NCBI GenBank assembly: GCA_963785235.1
Contig: CAWAUM010000010.1
Span: forward strand, 96,001 to 160,000
Direction of reading: 5' to 3'
From: an uncultured delta proteobacterium
GTDB taxonomy: Bacteria > Desulfobacterota > Desulfomonilia > UBA1062
Length of the DNA stretch: 64,000 nt
The position numbers and the translations under genes were made by a program. Each line of letters starts with the position of its first letter. Within the stretch, counting starts at the first letter, position 1. Below are positions 22,301 through 32,358 of the stretch, piece by piece. The notes below the pieces were generated by a model. That model was not told where the DNA came from, did not search any database, and saw nothing but the letters and a program-made list of their open reading frames with translations.

Positions 22301-22899
22301 CGTGTGGGAATGATCTGTGATGCCAGGTTCCTCTGGCGCGCCAGGCCCATGAACCATTCCGGGCTCACCTTGCGGCCGCGGCAAAAGGCGATGAACTCAG
22401 GCACGGCCGCTGCCGTGATGCGCATGCGGTAGAAGTCGTCCGCCACACAGGCAATCATGTCTGCCTGGTCCGTGACCAGCTCGGTCTCGAAGGGGCTGAG
22501 CGTCTCGAAGGCCAGTTCCTTGAGCATGCGCTGGCAGAAGCCGTGGATGGTGGAGATGGCGGTCTCGTCGAACCTTGCCAGGGCGTCGTCCAGGATGCCG
22601 AGCGCCTGTGCCCGGTTTTCCACCTTCTCCAGGAGCCAGGCTATGAAGGGATCGTCGGAGGCACCGCGCGCAAACGCATCACGGGCCTGGCGCACCTTGT
22701 CCCTGATGCGGGTCTTGAGCTCGTCGGTGGCCGGGACGGTGTAGGTGACCACGAGGATCGACTCCACGGGCATGTGCTGCTCCAGGAGGAGCCGCAGGAA
22801 GAGCGATGCAATGGTGTAGGTCTTGCCCGTGCCCGCGCTCGCCTCGATGAGGTGCGTGCCGGAAAGGCCTAAGCCGGTGAGGTCCAGGGGCTCTACCAT
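19337..22899 (-). CDS. recB: Exodeoxyribonuclease V beta subunit RecB; several apparent frameshifts
   Basis: LIEASAGTGKT, LIDEFQDTD, IGDPKQA, MTVHKSKGLEF, YVALTRA and nuclease motif GFMDLVF...IDWKSN across successive fragments. Confidence 0.9.
19745..19783. repeat. REP-like palindromic element inside recB (encodes PSPLAGEGQGEG)
   Basis: ccccctctccctgtccctctcccgcaaggggagagggga; hairpin ccctctccc/gggagaggg. Confidence 0.75.
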
Positions 22900-25800
22900 T
22901 TTCCGTTCTCCAGCCTTTCCAGGAGCGGGCCGTACACAATCATGGCCAGCTCACGAAAATCGTCATCGAAGGGGTCAGCGCCTGCAAAGCAGATCCGCAT
23001 GGCCGCATCCTCGCCTTCGCCGCTATTGTTCCAGCCTCCGGTCCATTCCTTACCCGCCGCCTGCATGGCCCGCTCCACATTGCCGGTCTTCTTCATGTGC
23101 TCTGCATAGGCATACGAGCTTTTGGGGAAGAAAGGCAGCGGCCGGCACAGGCCCTGCCAGTACACGTCCAGGAGCCCCTTCAGCACGGCAGAAGGCTCCT
23201 CCCCGGAGCTGATGCAGGCCTGCCCTGCCTTGTGGATGTGCATGCCCGCCACCTGCGCACCCGGGCTCACGGCCTTGAGCAGGAGCACGCTGACCCAGGC
23301 CCGCATGAGGTCGCCCGGTTTCAGGTCCGCATAGCGGAACGAGAGGAACCCGCCGCGGCCAAGACAGTCCACGGCCCCGGTGATGGTGAAGGCGTCCACG
23401 GCCACGCTCACCTCTTTCCTGACCATCTCATAGCCCGCCATGGCCCGCCTGATGAGCGGGAGGAAGGCATCGATCTCACTGGCAATGCCTGCAAGCGCCA
23501 GCTCTCCGGGCACGCCGTGGGGCAGCACCCCTTCGGCCCTGAGCCGCGCCACGTCCGTCTCAACTCCCTTGCCTGCCAGCCTCTCAGCCAGGATCCGCTG
23601 CTGCAGGCCGTATTGATCGAGGCCCGTTATGGCAAAGGGCTCCCGGTCGAGGAGTGCATCTTCCTCCCGGGGCAGCACTGCGCCCAGGCGGTGCCGCAGG
23701 AAGAACCGGGCCGGGTTCCGGAAGAACTCCAGGAGACGCTCCATGTCCACGCTCCGCAATTCTTCCTCGGGTTCGGAGATGCCTTACCGCCTTCCCCGGC
23801 CCTGCCTGTGATCCCGTGCGCAGCGCCCTGGCAGCGTCCGCATTGTCCCTGGAATAGCTGAACAGGCCCGTGCCTGCTGTGAAGTATTTGGGGTTGAAGG
23901 CCTGGAGGCAGTGGCGCTTCACCACGCACTGTGCTCACCGGGCCCTCCGGGCACGTAAAGGCCCTGTCCAGGTACTCCAGCAGGCTGCTCACCACCACCG
24001 AAGGCGGGATAGCGGCATTGTCCTGGATGCCCTGGCCCACATGGCTGATGAGAGCACGTTCCGGGCCGAGAGCAGGGCCTCGAGGAAGAGGTAGAGGTCG
24101 TCTTCGCGCCTGGACCGGTCGCCCTTGCGCGCCTGCATGGCCATGAGGTCGAGCCCGCTTGCGTAGTCCCTGCGGGGGAAGGATTCATGGTTCATGCCCA
24201 TGAGGCAGATCACCTTGAACGGGATGCTCCGCATGGGCAGCATGGAGCAGAAGGTGACCCCGCGCTCCAGGAACCCGGCCCCTTCCGCAGCACTGCCGAA
24301 GGCGTTGCCCAGATGGTGCCGCACCACGTCGACAGCTCACCGCGCCGGTGAACCCGGCATCCCGCGCGATCTTCTCCAGGTCCCGCACCGCGGATTTCAG
24401 CCGCAGAAACTCACGAAGGGTCTCCTCATCCGCAGCAAACAGGTCGTCGATGATCTTGAGGAGCACCTGTGACCACTCGCCAAACCCCCGCTCCTGCCTG
24501 AGCTCGTCCACTGCCGCAAAGAGCCTCTCCACGAAGTCCACGAAGCTGCCCAGGAGTTCTGCCGAGGCAGGGTCCATGCCGGCAAGGGCGCGATGCCCTC
24601 GAACAGCTCATCTCCCCCGGCCATGGCATAGCCCAGCAGGAGCCTCTTCAGGCCGAAGCCCCAGGTGTTCTCCTCGAACCCGGGCAGGCCCATCTGCTTC
24701 TTTATCACGACCGTCCCTGCCCCACCTGATATTCGCGCCTGTAACCCAGGCATGGACCTTGCGCACATCCTCCTCGTCCATGCCGAACCGGGCCCGCACC
24801 GGCGCCTTGTCCAGCAGGTCCATGACCAGCGATGCCTCAAAGCGCTGTCCGGGCAGATCGAGCACAGCCATGAGCGCATCCGCCAGCTGGGAGCTCCGCC
24901 TGAACGACCGGTCCGAGATGCTGTAGGGGATGCGGCGCGAATCCCCCTGTCCATGTCGAACACAGCCCGGATAAAGGGCGCATAGGCCTCGATATCAGGC
25001 GCCATAACCAGCACGTCCCGAGGCTCCAGCCCCTCAATTGCCATCATGCCCTTCCTGTCGTCCCCGCGAAGGCGGGGACCCAGGGATTCTGATAAAACCT
25101 GGATTCCCGCTTCCGCGGGAATGACGGATAAAGACTCGGAGGACAGAGGAGAGGGGGAACTCTCGAAGAGCCCCAGCAAGGTATCCAGCAGCACCTCCAC
25201 CTCCCGCATAGGGCTGTGACAGGAGTGCACCTGAATGGAGCAGTCACCACGCCTCCACCTCTTCAGTCCCCTCATCGCCGGTAGTCCTCAGATTCAGGAT
25301 GTCGTCCTGGACCCTTTCCAGCATGGTGGAACGCCCGCCCCCCACAAACAGATCCGTCTCCTCAGGCTCCAGATCGATGACCATGTCCAGGAAGTTCCTG
25401 CCAAGCCTGCCCATGCTGGCCAGGAGGTCGTTGCGCGATTCCATGTGCAGATCCGCCTCCGGCACCCTGGCCGCGATCCTGGTGATGCGCCTTTCCGGCA
25501 TGATGTCCGCCCAGTATTCCCTGCAGGGGTTCAGGCAGTAGAGGCTGACATCCATCAAAGCGGAAAGCCCCTTGAGCACCTCCAGATGGAATGCAGGCAG
25601 ATACGAGATGCCGAAGATGGACACCCGCTCGGGCAGCTTCGACACATCCGGCCTGCGCAAGCCCGCGGCTGAAGAGCTGCTTGAGCCGGGCACGGTGGTT
25701 CGCCGCATCCCCTTCAACAATCTTGTTCCAGAGCACGGCCTGCCAGTTCTCCGGGTAGCCCGCAGGCGCACCGCCGCCCTCTTCCCACCCCAGCACGAGC

Positions 25801-26234
25801 TCGGGCCTGAATATGACATACTGGTCATAGATGTTCGCCATCATGGCGCTGAACTGGTAGAGCTTCATGCCCGCGGTGTCGCCCTGGAGGTAGTCCCTGA
25901 TCCGGCTGAAGCCGCCCAAGCCCAGGAGCCCGGGCAGACAGTCCATGATGCGCAGCGTCATGGCATCCTTTTCGAACAGGGCGGGCTGTGTGAACCCCGG
26001 CAGGATGCGCGAGAACATGTCCAGCACAAAGGCATTGGGAAACGGCCATTTGACGTTCGCGCACACGCCACTGCTGCGCGCCAACTCCATGGAGAGCCAG
26101 CGCTGCATGCCGCGGCTCTGCACCACGATGACCTCGGGGGCCAGAGGTGAGGAGAGCGGCTCGGATAGAGACGCAGCAAGGGCCTGTGAAAGGACCTCGA
26201 GCCGGTTGCTCTCAATGAGTCTCAGGCCTGACAA
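22893..26234 (-). CDS. recC: Exodeoxyribonuclease V gamma subunit RecC; several apparent frameshifts
   Basis: SNRLEVL, IVVQSRGMQRWLS, HSCHSPMREVEVL, VTFCSMLPMRSIPF and FFRNPARFFL across successive fragments. Confidence 0.9.
25057..25125. repeat. REP doublet (69 bp) inserted in frame in recC
   Basis: gtcgtccccgcgaaggcggggacccag ... ctggattcccgcttccgcgggaatgac; translates as VIPAEAGIQVLSESLGPRLRGDD. Confidence 0.85.
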
Positions 26235-26327
26235 CAGACGCCTCCCACCATAGAATTATAGTGTGAGTAGTATAGCATGGATGGGGGTTGTCGGGAGTGG
26301 GAAAATGTTGTGGATAATTCCTTGGAG

Positions 26328-26384
26328 TTAACTGGGAGTTAACTGGGTTTAACTGGGGTTTAACTGGGGACGGGTTCACATTTC
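26328..26384. repeat. Four tandem ttaactggg units running into a GGGGACGGGTTC motif
   Basis: ttaactgggag ttaactgggt ttaactggggt ttaactggggacgggttcacatttc. Confidence 0.8.
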
Positions 26385-26390
26385 CACAAA

Positions 26391-27518
26391 TTATGTCGAG
26401 GTGTTTCCATCCGGTTGTACGAGTTCTTCCACAAGAGGATCGGTCGTCACATATTCATCCGAAGCATCTTTGAGGAGATTCGGAGGGAAGACCTTGATGA
26501 TGGCCCTGCCCCTCCGGTAAGCCCTGGGTGTCGATCCGGTCCAGCGTCTGAACGCATGATTGAACGCGCTCTGCTCGGAAAAGCCCAGCAGGAAAGCCAT
26601 GTCGATGAACGACACTTCCGGGTCCTCCAGGAGTGCGTGCACCAAATCCTTCCTCGCCCGGTCGAGCAGCTCTGTGAAGGTCGTGCCCTCTTCCTTCAGC
26701 TTCTTCTGCAAACTCCTCACGCCCACGGCCAGCTCCTTTGCCACGGCATCGATGGTGGGGCGCCGGCCGTTCATCTTTGAGAGCGTCTTCATCACCCTAT
26801 CCGACCAGGTGTCCGGGAGGTACATGTCATGGATCAGGCCCTGCGCATACCCCTCCAGCGTCTTCAGCAGCCCGGGGTCGGCCGCACGCACGGGCCGGGC
26901 TAGGTCCTCCACGGCAAGGACCAGGGCGCTCTCCTTCTGGCTGAACCTGAGCGGCGCCCGGAAGATCCGCGCATGCTCGGACACGTCATCGGGCCGTCCA
27001 TACCCGAAACGCACCTCCACGGGCCTGCACGAATCTTCCGTGAGGCGTACGAACACGGAATTCAGGACGCACAAGAGCGCCTCATCGGCATGACGGCCGA
27101 ACCGCACGTCCTTCTGTGTGATCTCCCATCCCAGCAGTGCTTGGCCCTGCCCCGACACGATCCTCGGGCGCAAAGCGTCGTTCATGAGGTTGTGGTACCT
27201 GGCCAGCGCATCCAGCGCGCTGCCCACGGTGGGGCAGTTCATCACCACCACGAAGAGGATCTGGCTTGTCGTGACGTACTGCAGCTCTTCGGCAAAGTGC
27301 AGGCCGAAGTCCTTGTCCCCTGACAGGGAGGCGACCTCGTTCCATACCCTGTTGAATACATCCCCCCTTACCCTCGCCACGTGAACGTCCGGCAGGGATA
27401 CATCCAGCCCGGCCGCAGCGAAGACGGCCTGCGCGTCGATGCCCTTGCCGGATGCATAGGCGGACAGCATCCTGAGCAAGGTGCTTGATATGGTGGCGGT
27501 TCTTTCCTGGGCCTGCAT
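26391..27518 (-). CDS. AraC family transcriptional regulator (OruR/ArgR-like N-terminal domain)
   Basis: C-terminal HTH: RSLQKKLKEEGTTF...AFLLGFSEQSAFNHAFRRWTGSTP. Confidence 0.9.
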   Translation of the reverse strand: MQAQERTATISSTLLRMLSAYASGKGIDAQAVFAAAGLDVSLPDVHVARVRGDVFNRVWNEVASLSGDKDFGLHFAEELQYVTTSQILFVVVMNCPTVGSALDALARYHNLMNDALRPRIVSGQGQALLGWEITQKDVRFGRHADEALLCVLNSVFVRLTEDSCRPVEVRFGYGRPDDVSEHARIFRAPLRFSQKESALVLAVEDLARPVRAADPGLLKTLEGYAQGLIHDMYLPDTWSDRVMKTLSKMNGRRPTIDAVAKELAVGVRSLQKKLKEEGTTFTELLDRARKDLVHALLEDPEVSFIDMAFLLGFSEQSAFNHAFRRWTGSTPRAYRRGRAIIKVFPPNLLKDASDEYVTTDPLVEELVQPDGNTST

Positions 27519-27629
27519 AATTTCGTGGATTATCAATTAATTTTCGTCAAAAGACAAGAATACTCGGTTCCAGACCGGCTATAACGCCTTCTAGATATTT
27601 CCATACCAGTGACACGAAAGGAGAAAACC

Positions 27630-28136
27630 ATGAGCGAACGGAACATACCAGTGAACAGGAGAGTGCACTGCAACCACACCATAGAGATCGAGGCGCCTGC
27701 GGAGAAGATCTTCCCGCTGCTCTGCCCGGTGGCGGAGTACGACTGGATCGACGGCTGGGACTGCAGGCTCGTGTATACCGGAAGCGGAGTGAACGAGGAA
27801 GGCTCTATCTTCACTGAGGAAATCATGGGGCCCGTACTCGCAGGTTCGGCCGCGACCTCAACTTGGGTCACCAACCGCTATGACGTGGAGAACCACCGGA
27901 TATGGTTCGTCATCTTTATTACCGACCTGGCAGTGGTCAGGTACGATGTTGCACTCATCGAGAAGAAAAGCAGCCTGACACGCGTGGAGATGAACTTCGA
28001 GATCAGTGCCATGGACGAAAGGATCGGCGGCCTGGGCGATGAAGAAATCAGGACGCGCCTCATGACCATCGTGGCGTTTCTCTCGGCGGCACTCAAGCAC
28101 TACTGCGAGACCGGGGAGATGATGAAGGCGGCATGA
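27630..28136 (+). CDS. Hypothetical protein, SRPBCC/START-like
   Basis: IEIEAPAEKIFPLLCPVAEYDWIDGW N-terminus and C-terminal helix; RBS aaggag. Confidence 0.6.
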   Translation: MSERNIPVNRRVHCNHTIEIEAPAEKIFPLLCPVAEYDWIDGWDCRLVYTGSGVNEEGSIFTEEIMGPVLAGSAATSTWVTNRYDVENHRIWFVIFITDLAVVRYDVALIEKKSSLTRVEMNFEISAMDERIGGLGDEEIRTRLMTIVAFLSAALKHYCETGEMMKAA

Positions 28137-28165
28137 TTCAGTGCAGACAGGAAAAGGATAAGGCT

Positions 28166-28582
28166 ATGCAGACCAGGATCACGATCAAGGTGCGCGGGTA
28201 CCACGCCGACGCCTTCGGGCATGTGAACCATGCGCGGTACCTGGAGTTCCTCGAAGAGGCCAGGTGGTCGTACTGTGAAGAGAACGGCATCATTGAGCGC
28301 CTCTTCTCGGCGAAGCAACTATTCCACGCCACGGTGAGTATAACCGTCAACTACAGGAGGAGCGCCGTGCCGGGAGACTCCCTCCTGATCGTTACCAGCG
28401 TATCCCAAAGGGGCGAACGGAGCTATACCATGAGCCAGCGGATCTTCCTGGGAGAGACCGACACGCTCGTTACCGATGCCGAGGTGACGAGCGTGCTGCT
28501 GGACAGGGCCGGTGTTATTGTGCCGGTCGATGACGATGTCATGCGCATATGGCCGGACCTCTTGGACTGCCCGGGGCCATGA
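28166..28582 (+). CDS. Acyl-CoA thioesterase (YbgC/4HBT hotdog family)
   Basis: VRGYHADAFGHVNHARYLEFLEEAR motif. Confidence 0.85.
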   Translation: MQTRITIKVRGYHADAFGHVNHARYLEFLEEARWSYCEENGIIERLFSAKQLFHATVSITVNYRRSAVPGDSLLIVTSVSQRGERSYTMSQRIFLGETDTLVTDAEVTSVLLDRAGVIVPVDDDVMRIWPDLLDCPGP

Positions 28583-28831
28583 GGAATGAATACGGGGTCT
28601 ATTCATTCCGATCCGGTCCGAAGATCGTCCGATACTCTGATACAGTAGATGCGAGGAGTCTGATTTCTGACATCATCACAATCCTCCTGAGAAATACTAT
28701 TTCAGTATTTCTGAAACCGATGCAGCACAATTCAGGGTAATGCGCATCCCAGCCTTGGGCGCCAGGATCAATAAAGGGTCAGGTATTTTTTTCAAAGACA
28801 ATACTCTACCCCTTTTCTCTGGATTCTCTTG

Positions 28832-29050
28832 CTATGCCGCCGGCTTCCAGTTGAAACTCAGCCTGCGTCCGCTTGCTGCACAGTCCCTCAGGTACAGGTT
28901 GATCAGGGTCTGGTAGGGGATGCCGGATTCATCGGACAGATCCTTGAAATACTGGATCGTCATTTCATCCAGCCGTATAGTCACCTGCTTTTTCAATCGT
29001 TTGGCATACGGATTCCGCTTGGCATTTGAAAAGTCATATTCCTTTCTCAT
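28832..29050 (-). CDS. BrnA/CopG-like antitoxin
   Basis: MRKEYDFS...NPYAKRLKKQVTIRLD...GIPYQTLINLYL. Confidence 0.85.
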   Translation of the reverse strand: MRKEYDFSNAKRNPYAKRLKKQVTIRLDEMTIQYFKDLSDESGIPYQTLINLYLRDCAASGRRLSFNWKPAA

Positions 29051-29139
29051 ATTCTCCACCTCTTGATGTACCCGATACCATGCTTGTGTCTGTTCGCCCT
29101 GTTCTTGTTTTCATCCCACTCAATTCGTAATGCATTCAT
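29047..29139 (-). pseudogene. BrnT-like toxin remnant with internal deletion (30 aa)
   Basis: MNALRIEWDENKNRANRHKHGI followed directly by GYIKRWRI*; the stop overlaps the antitoxin ATG (ATGA). Confidence 0.75.
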
Positions 29140-29277
29140 ACATCATTTATAACTACATTGGCTTTACATTGCGAGTTTAACGACAAAAAGGGGACAGATT
29201 GATTTTTCTCGATTGGGCAATGGTTTGATCTGTTCTAATTGTCCCCCCCCTGTCAAGGACTGGCCCCCTTGCCTCTC

Positions 29278-30309
29278 TCAAGCCGGCCGATACCCGGTAA
29301 ATGCATAATATTTGTTGCCCGGTATAAGATCTGTCGCGCAATTGCGTTCAAAGCCAGCTTCTGACAACTGCTTCAGCATCTCATCCTTATCTGGAAGCCT
29401 CCCCCAGCCCTTGGTCGCTGCATGAATCAGATTCACAAGCTCAAACTCGATACTGCCGTTCCTGCATCCGGTGGTCAGAAGGATTCGGCCATTGGGCTTG
29501 AGAAGTTCCCGCAGATGTCTGAACAGCTCAATGCGCTCTTCGACCGGAAAATAGTATATATTGTTGTACAAGGTAACTATATCGAACAACCCAGGGTCAC
29601 GGAAATTTCTCACATCTTCAACCACTATTTTCACGCGGTCTTCCAAACCTTTTGTTTGAACATTGCTGCGGGCTATTTCTGCAACCTGCGAATCAAGCTC
29701 CAATCCGAGCGCATTGAGCCTGTTGTTCTTGTCCGCTGCATACATAACATAACCCGCATGCCCGCAACCCACTTCAAGCAATCGAGTATGTCCTGATATG
29801 GGAAAACTGCGATCGATCAGTTCAAACACAAAGGGCTCAAGGGTTCGACTTGACCGGGCGATGAGATCACCGTATTCGCTGTGCTGATAGGCAGGGTCCC
29901 AGACGAGCCCCTGTTCCAGTTTTCCAGGTGTTTGCAGAATATAGAGATGATGAAGGCCCGCAACTTCACGAACCAGGGCGCGTATCGCATCGTTTTCAGG
30001 GGCGGCCAGTTTTTTTGCCAGAAAACCCCGCAGAGAGTATCCCGCATCATCCTTTTTCAGCACACCCAGGCGGACACCCAGTCCGAGCCAGGCCTCGGTT
30101 GCATTGCAGAGAGATGGGTCTTTCGCGAATGCACCGGTGAGGCTGCCAAGCGGAACAGGACCACGGGATAACTTTCCAAGAATGACGCTGTCTGCCAATG
30201 AAGCAAAGAAACACAGACGGTAAAAAGAGGTAAACAGCATCTTGAACCGGAGCAACAGCAGCAATCTTCCGCCATTTATCAATGACGCAACTGTTCGTAA
30301 GTTCATCAT
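29278..30309 (-). CDS. Class I SAM-dependent methyltransferase
   Basis: LLEVGCGHAG motif I, FDIVTL, LKPNGRILL. Confidence 0.85.
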   Translation of the reverse strand: MMNLRTVASLINGGRLLLLLRFKMLFTSFYRLCFFASLADSVILGKLSRGPVPLGSLTGAFAKDPSLCNATEAWLGLGVRLGVLKKDDAGYSLRGFLAKKLAAPENDAIRALVREVAGLHHLYILQTPGKLEQGLVWDPAYQHSEYGDLIARSSRTLEPFVFELIDRSFPISGHTRLLEVGCGHAGYVMYAADKNNRLNALGLELDSQVAEIARSNVQTKGLEDRVKIVVEDVRNFRDPGLFDIVTLYNNIYYFPVEERIELFRHLRELLKPNGRILLTTGCRNGSIEFELVNLIHAATKGWGRLPDKDEMLKQLSEAGFERNCATDLIPGNKYYAFTGYRPA

Positions 30310-30441
30310 CCCTCCTTCATACAATGAACCCCGACCGCTTCTATGTATGCGGGGTTGGAGACAGTACCGTGCTGATGGACAGGAGCGGGAAGATCCCATT
30401 GAGGATTCCCCCGCCCTCATGTCCATACATGTCTTAGCAGC

Positions 30442-31092
30442 TCAGTAGGTCCAACCGGCGGCAAAGGCGATCAGGTTCATTATGATGGGCACTGAATAGA
30501 AAAAGACCAGGAGGCCGATCTTGGCCTTCATGGTCTTTCTCGTGATCACCCATATGGCTGCACAGAAGAAGTGGAAGTACCCGATGAGGAAGATCAGGGG
30601 GATGCCCTTGAGCGAGAGATACCAGTAGGGATACTCCCACACCAGGTGGCCGCCCATGTTCAGCAGGCACTCCACGAAGACGCAGAATACCGAATAGCCG
30701 ATGGCCCAGAACCACATCTCCGGGATACCCAGGATCTTCACCTTCTTGTTCTCGGTGAGGGTGTGGTAGAAGATGATGCCCACGATGGCGAACATGAACA
30801 TGATCTCGATGTTCCAGCCCACCATGGTGCGCAGGGCCGTATCACCCGGTGTGGTCCAGAATGCGCTGCGCTGGGTGAAGTGCAGCACCCAGCCGTTCCA
30901 GCTCTCGTTGAAGAAATCCACCCCGAAGATGGCGGCACCGGAAAATACCGCATTCCAGTTTCCGTTCTCCTTGGCCAGTTTGATCTCCTTGGTGTAGATG
31001 TAGATAACGATGGCCAGAAGCGGAATGATGTACCACTTGATCATGGTAAGGTCCCTGAGTCCGTTAAGTGCCTGCAGTGTAGCCTCGGTCAT
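30442..31092 (-). CDS. Hypothetical integral membrane protein
   Basis: 216 aa, about six hydrophobic segments, RBS agagggg, downstream of a TetR gene. Confidence 0.7.
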   Translation of the reverse strand: MTEATLQALNGLRDLTMIKWYIIPLLAIVIYIYTKEIKLAKENGNWNAVFSGAAIFGVDFFNESWNGWVLHFTQRSAFWTTPGDTALRTMVGWNIEIMFMFAIVGIIFYHTLTENKKVKILGIPEMWFWAIGYSVFCVFVECLLNMGGHLVWEYPYWYLSLKGIPLIFLIGYFHFFCAAIWVITRKTMKAKIGLLVFFYSVPIIMNLIAFAAGWTY

Positions 31093-31138
31093 GGATATAC
31101 CCCCTCTTTGTGTTTTTATTTCATGCCATCAATGGCAG

Positions 31139-31738
31139 TCATACCGGAAGATCCTGGGGTGTCCTGCATATACCCCGCAGGACTATCTTCATTCCCTCCT
31201 CGTACATGCGCGCAGCGGAGATCCCCTCCGACTTCACATACCGCTTGATGAGAAACATGATGTAGATGGAGAAGAAAAGTTCAGAGGTGTGGTCCACATC
31301 AACAGGCAGGAAGCGGCCCTCGGCGATGCCCTGGGCAATGATGTTCTTGATGAGCTGCATGGCTCCGAGGTTGATTTCGTAAAAGCGGTCTTCCCGGGGG
31401 GTCAGGGTGAAGATGCTGGGGTCTTTTATCAATACGGCGCGCAGGTCCTCATGGTCCACGAGGTATTCGAATGACAGCTTCGCCATGACCGAGAACTTCC
31501 CGACCACATCGTCCACACCGGCAACGGCTTCGGCTACCGTTTCGCGCCATTGCTGCAGGGCTAGGCTCACGGCCTTTTCGTAGAGGTCACGCTTGCCGGA
31601 CACGTAGAAGTAGATATTCCCCTTGGTCATACCCACTTCTGCAGCCACATCATCCATGGTGGTCTTCTGGTACCCGAAGCGGGCGAACAGCCTCAGTGAG
31701 GCTTGAAAGATCTCATTTTGCTTTTGGTGCTTGTCCAT
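31139..31738 (-). CDS. TetR/AcrR family transcriptional regulator
   Basis: LFARFGYQKTTMDDVAAEVGMTKGNIYFY HTH. Confidence 0.9.
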   Translation of the reverse strand: MDKHQKQNEIFQASLRLFARFGYQKTTMDDVAAEVGMTKGNIYFYVSGKRDLYEKAVSLALQQWRETVAEAVAGVDDVVGKFSVMAKLSFEYLVDHEDLRAVLIKDPSIFTLTPREDRFYEINLGAMQLIKNIIAQGIAEGRFLPVDVDHTSELFFSIYIMFLIKRYVKSEGISAARMYEEGMKIVLRGICRTPQDLPV

Positions 31739-31748
31739 GGGCACCTTC

Positions 31749-31785
31749 AATTAATTGACTAATTGACTCAATTAGTCAATTAATT
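31749..31785. promoter_or_regulatory. 37-bp palindrome, probable TetR operator
   Basis: aattaattgactaattga-c-tcaattagtcaattaatt: perfect 18-bp arms about 10 nt upstream of the tetR ATG. Confidence 0.7.
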
Positions 31786-31960
31786 CAAATTATCCCTCCT
31801 GTCAACCGATATCCAAATTCCTGGTCTTTTTTTCCAAGATTTTTTGAAGCTCTCCGGAAATCCAGAACGGGATCATGGATATCCGGCAGGGGTTTGGGGA
31901 TCAGGACTAGAAAGGGATGAACAATAAGAGGACAGAATTATTTTTCACAATGCCAAAAGA

Positions 31961-32167
31961 CTATTGATGCAATTCTATCCAGTAGAGGGCCTCATCAGGG
32001 GTATCAAATTCCTTTCCATTGATCTCTTCTTGTCCATCCTTTGCAATCGATGCCTTATATCTAATGCTTGCCAAACCTTTCACCTTGCGGATATGACCAA
32101 TGAACCTGTTATCATTATAAACCTGAAACAGTGAACCATCACCTTTTGAGGATTTCAGTCTGATCAT
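31961..32167 (-). CDS. Small hypothetical protein (68 aa)
   Basis: ORF with aagga RBS and a plausible globular composition. Confidence 0.5.
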   Translation of the reverse strand: MIRLKSSKGDGSLFQVYNDNRFIGHIRKVKGLASIRYKASIAKDGQEEINGKEFDTPDEALYWIELHQ

Positions 32168-32358
32168 TTTTATTCCTTCTATGCAGGAATCTATTCAGAC
32201 CATATTTCCATAAGAATATCAAGTCATTTGAACCAGGAAAGCCCCTTGGAACCTCGTACAGAAAGACCCCCTCTTGATTTCAGACCAAAAGGAATCAGAG
32301 AGGTTTTCACATACGCCGACACCGGGGGCGCATTCATCTCCATAACCCTATCTTCCGT

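Noticed and set aside
19337-26234. recB and recC (also liv, paaK, ior and CoA-ligase genes) as pseudogenes or programmed frameshifts
   Set aside because: Single-base indels are scattered through many unrelated GC-rich genes while motifs stay intact and premature in-frame stops are not evident. This pattern fits long-read consensus errors better; reads are needed to be sure.
26328-26369. Possible CRISPR array
   Set aside because: The units are only 10-11 bp with no unique spacers, and no cas genes are present.
26391-26510. C-terminal tail of the AraC protein beyond the HTH as a separate domain
   Set aside because: About 35 residues with no recognisable motif. It may be read-through into junction sequence, but nothing more can be supported.
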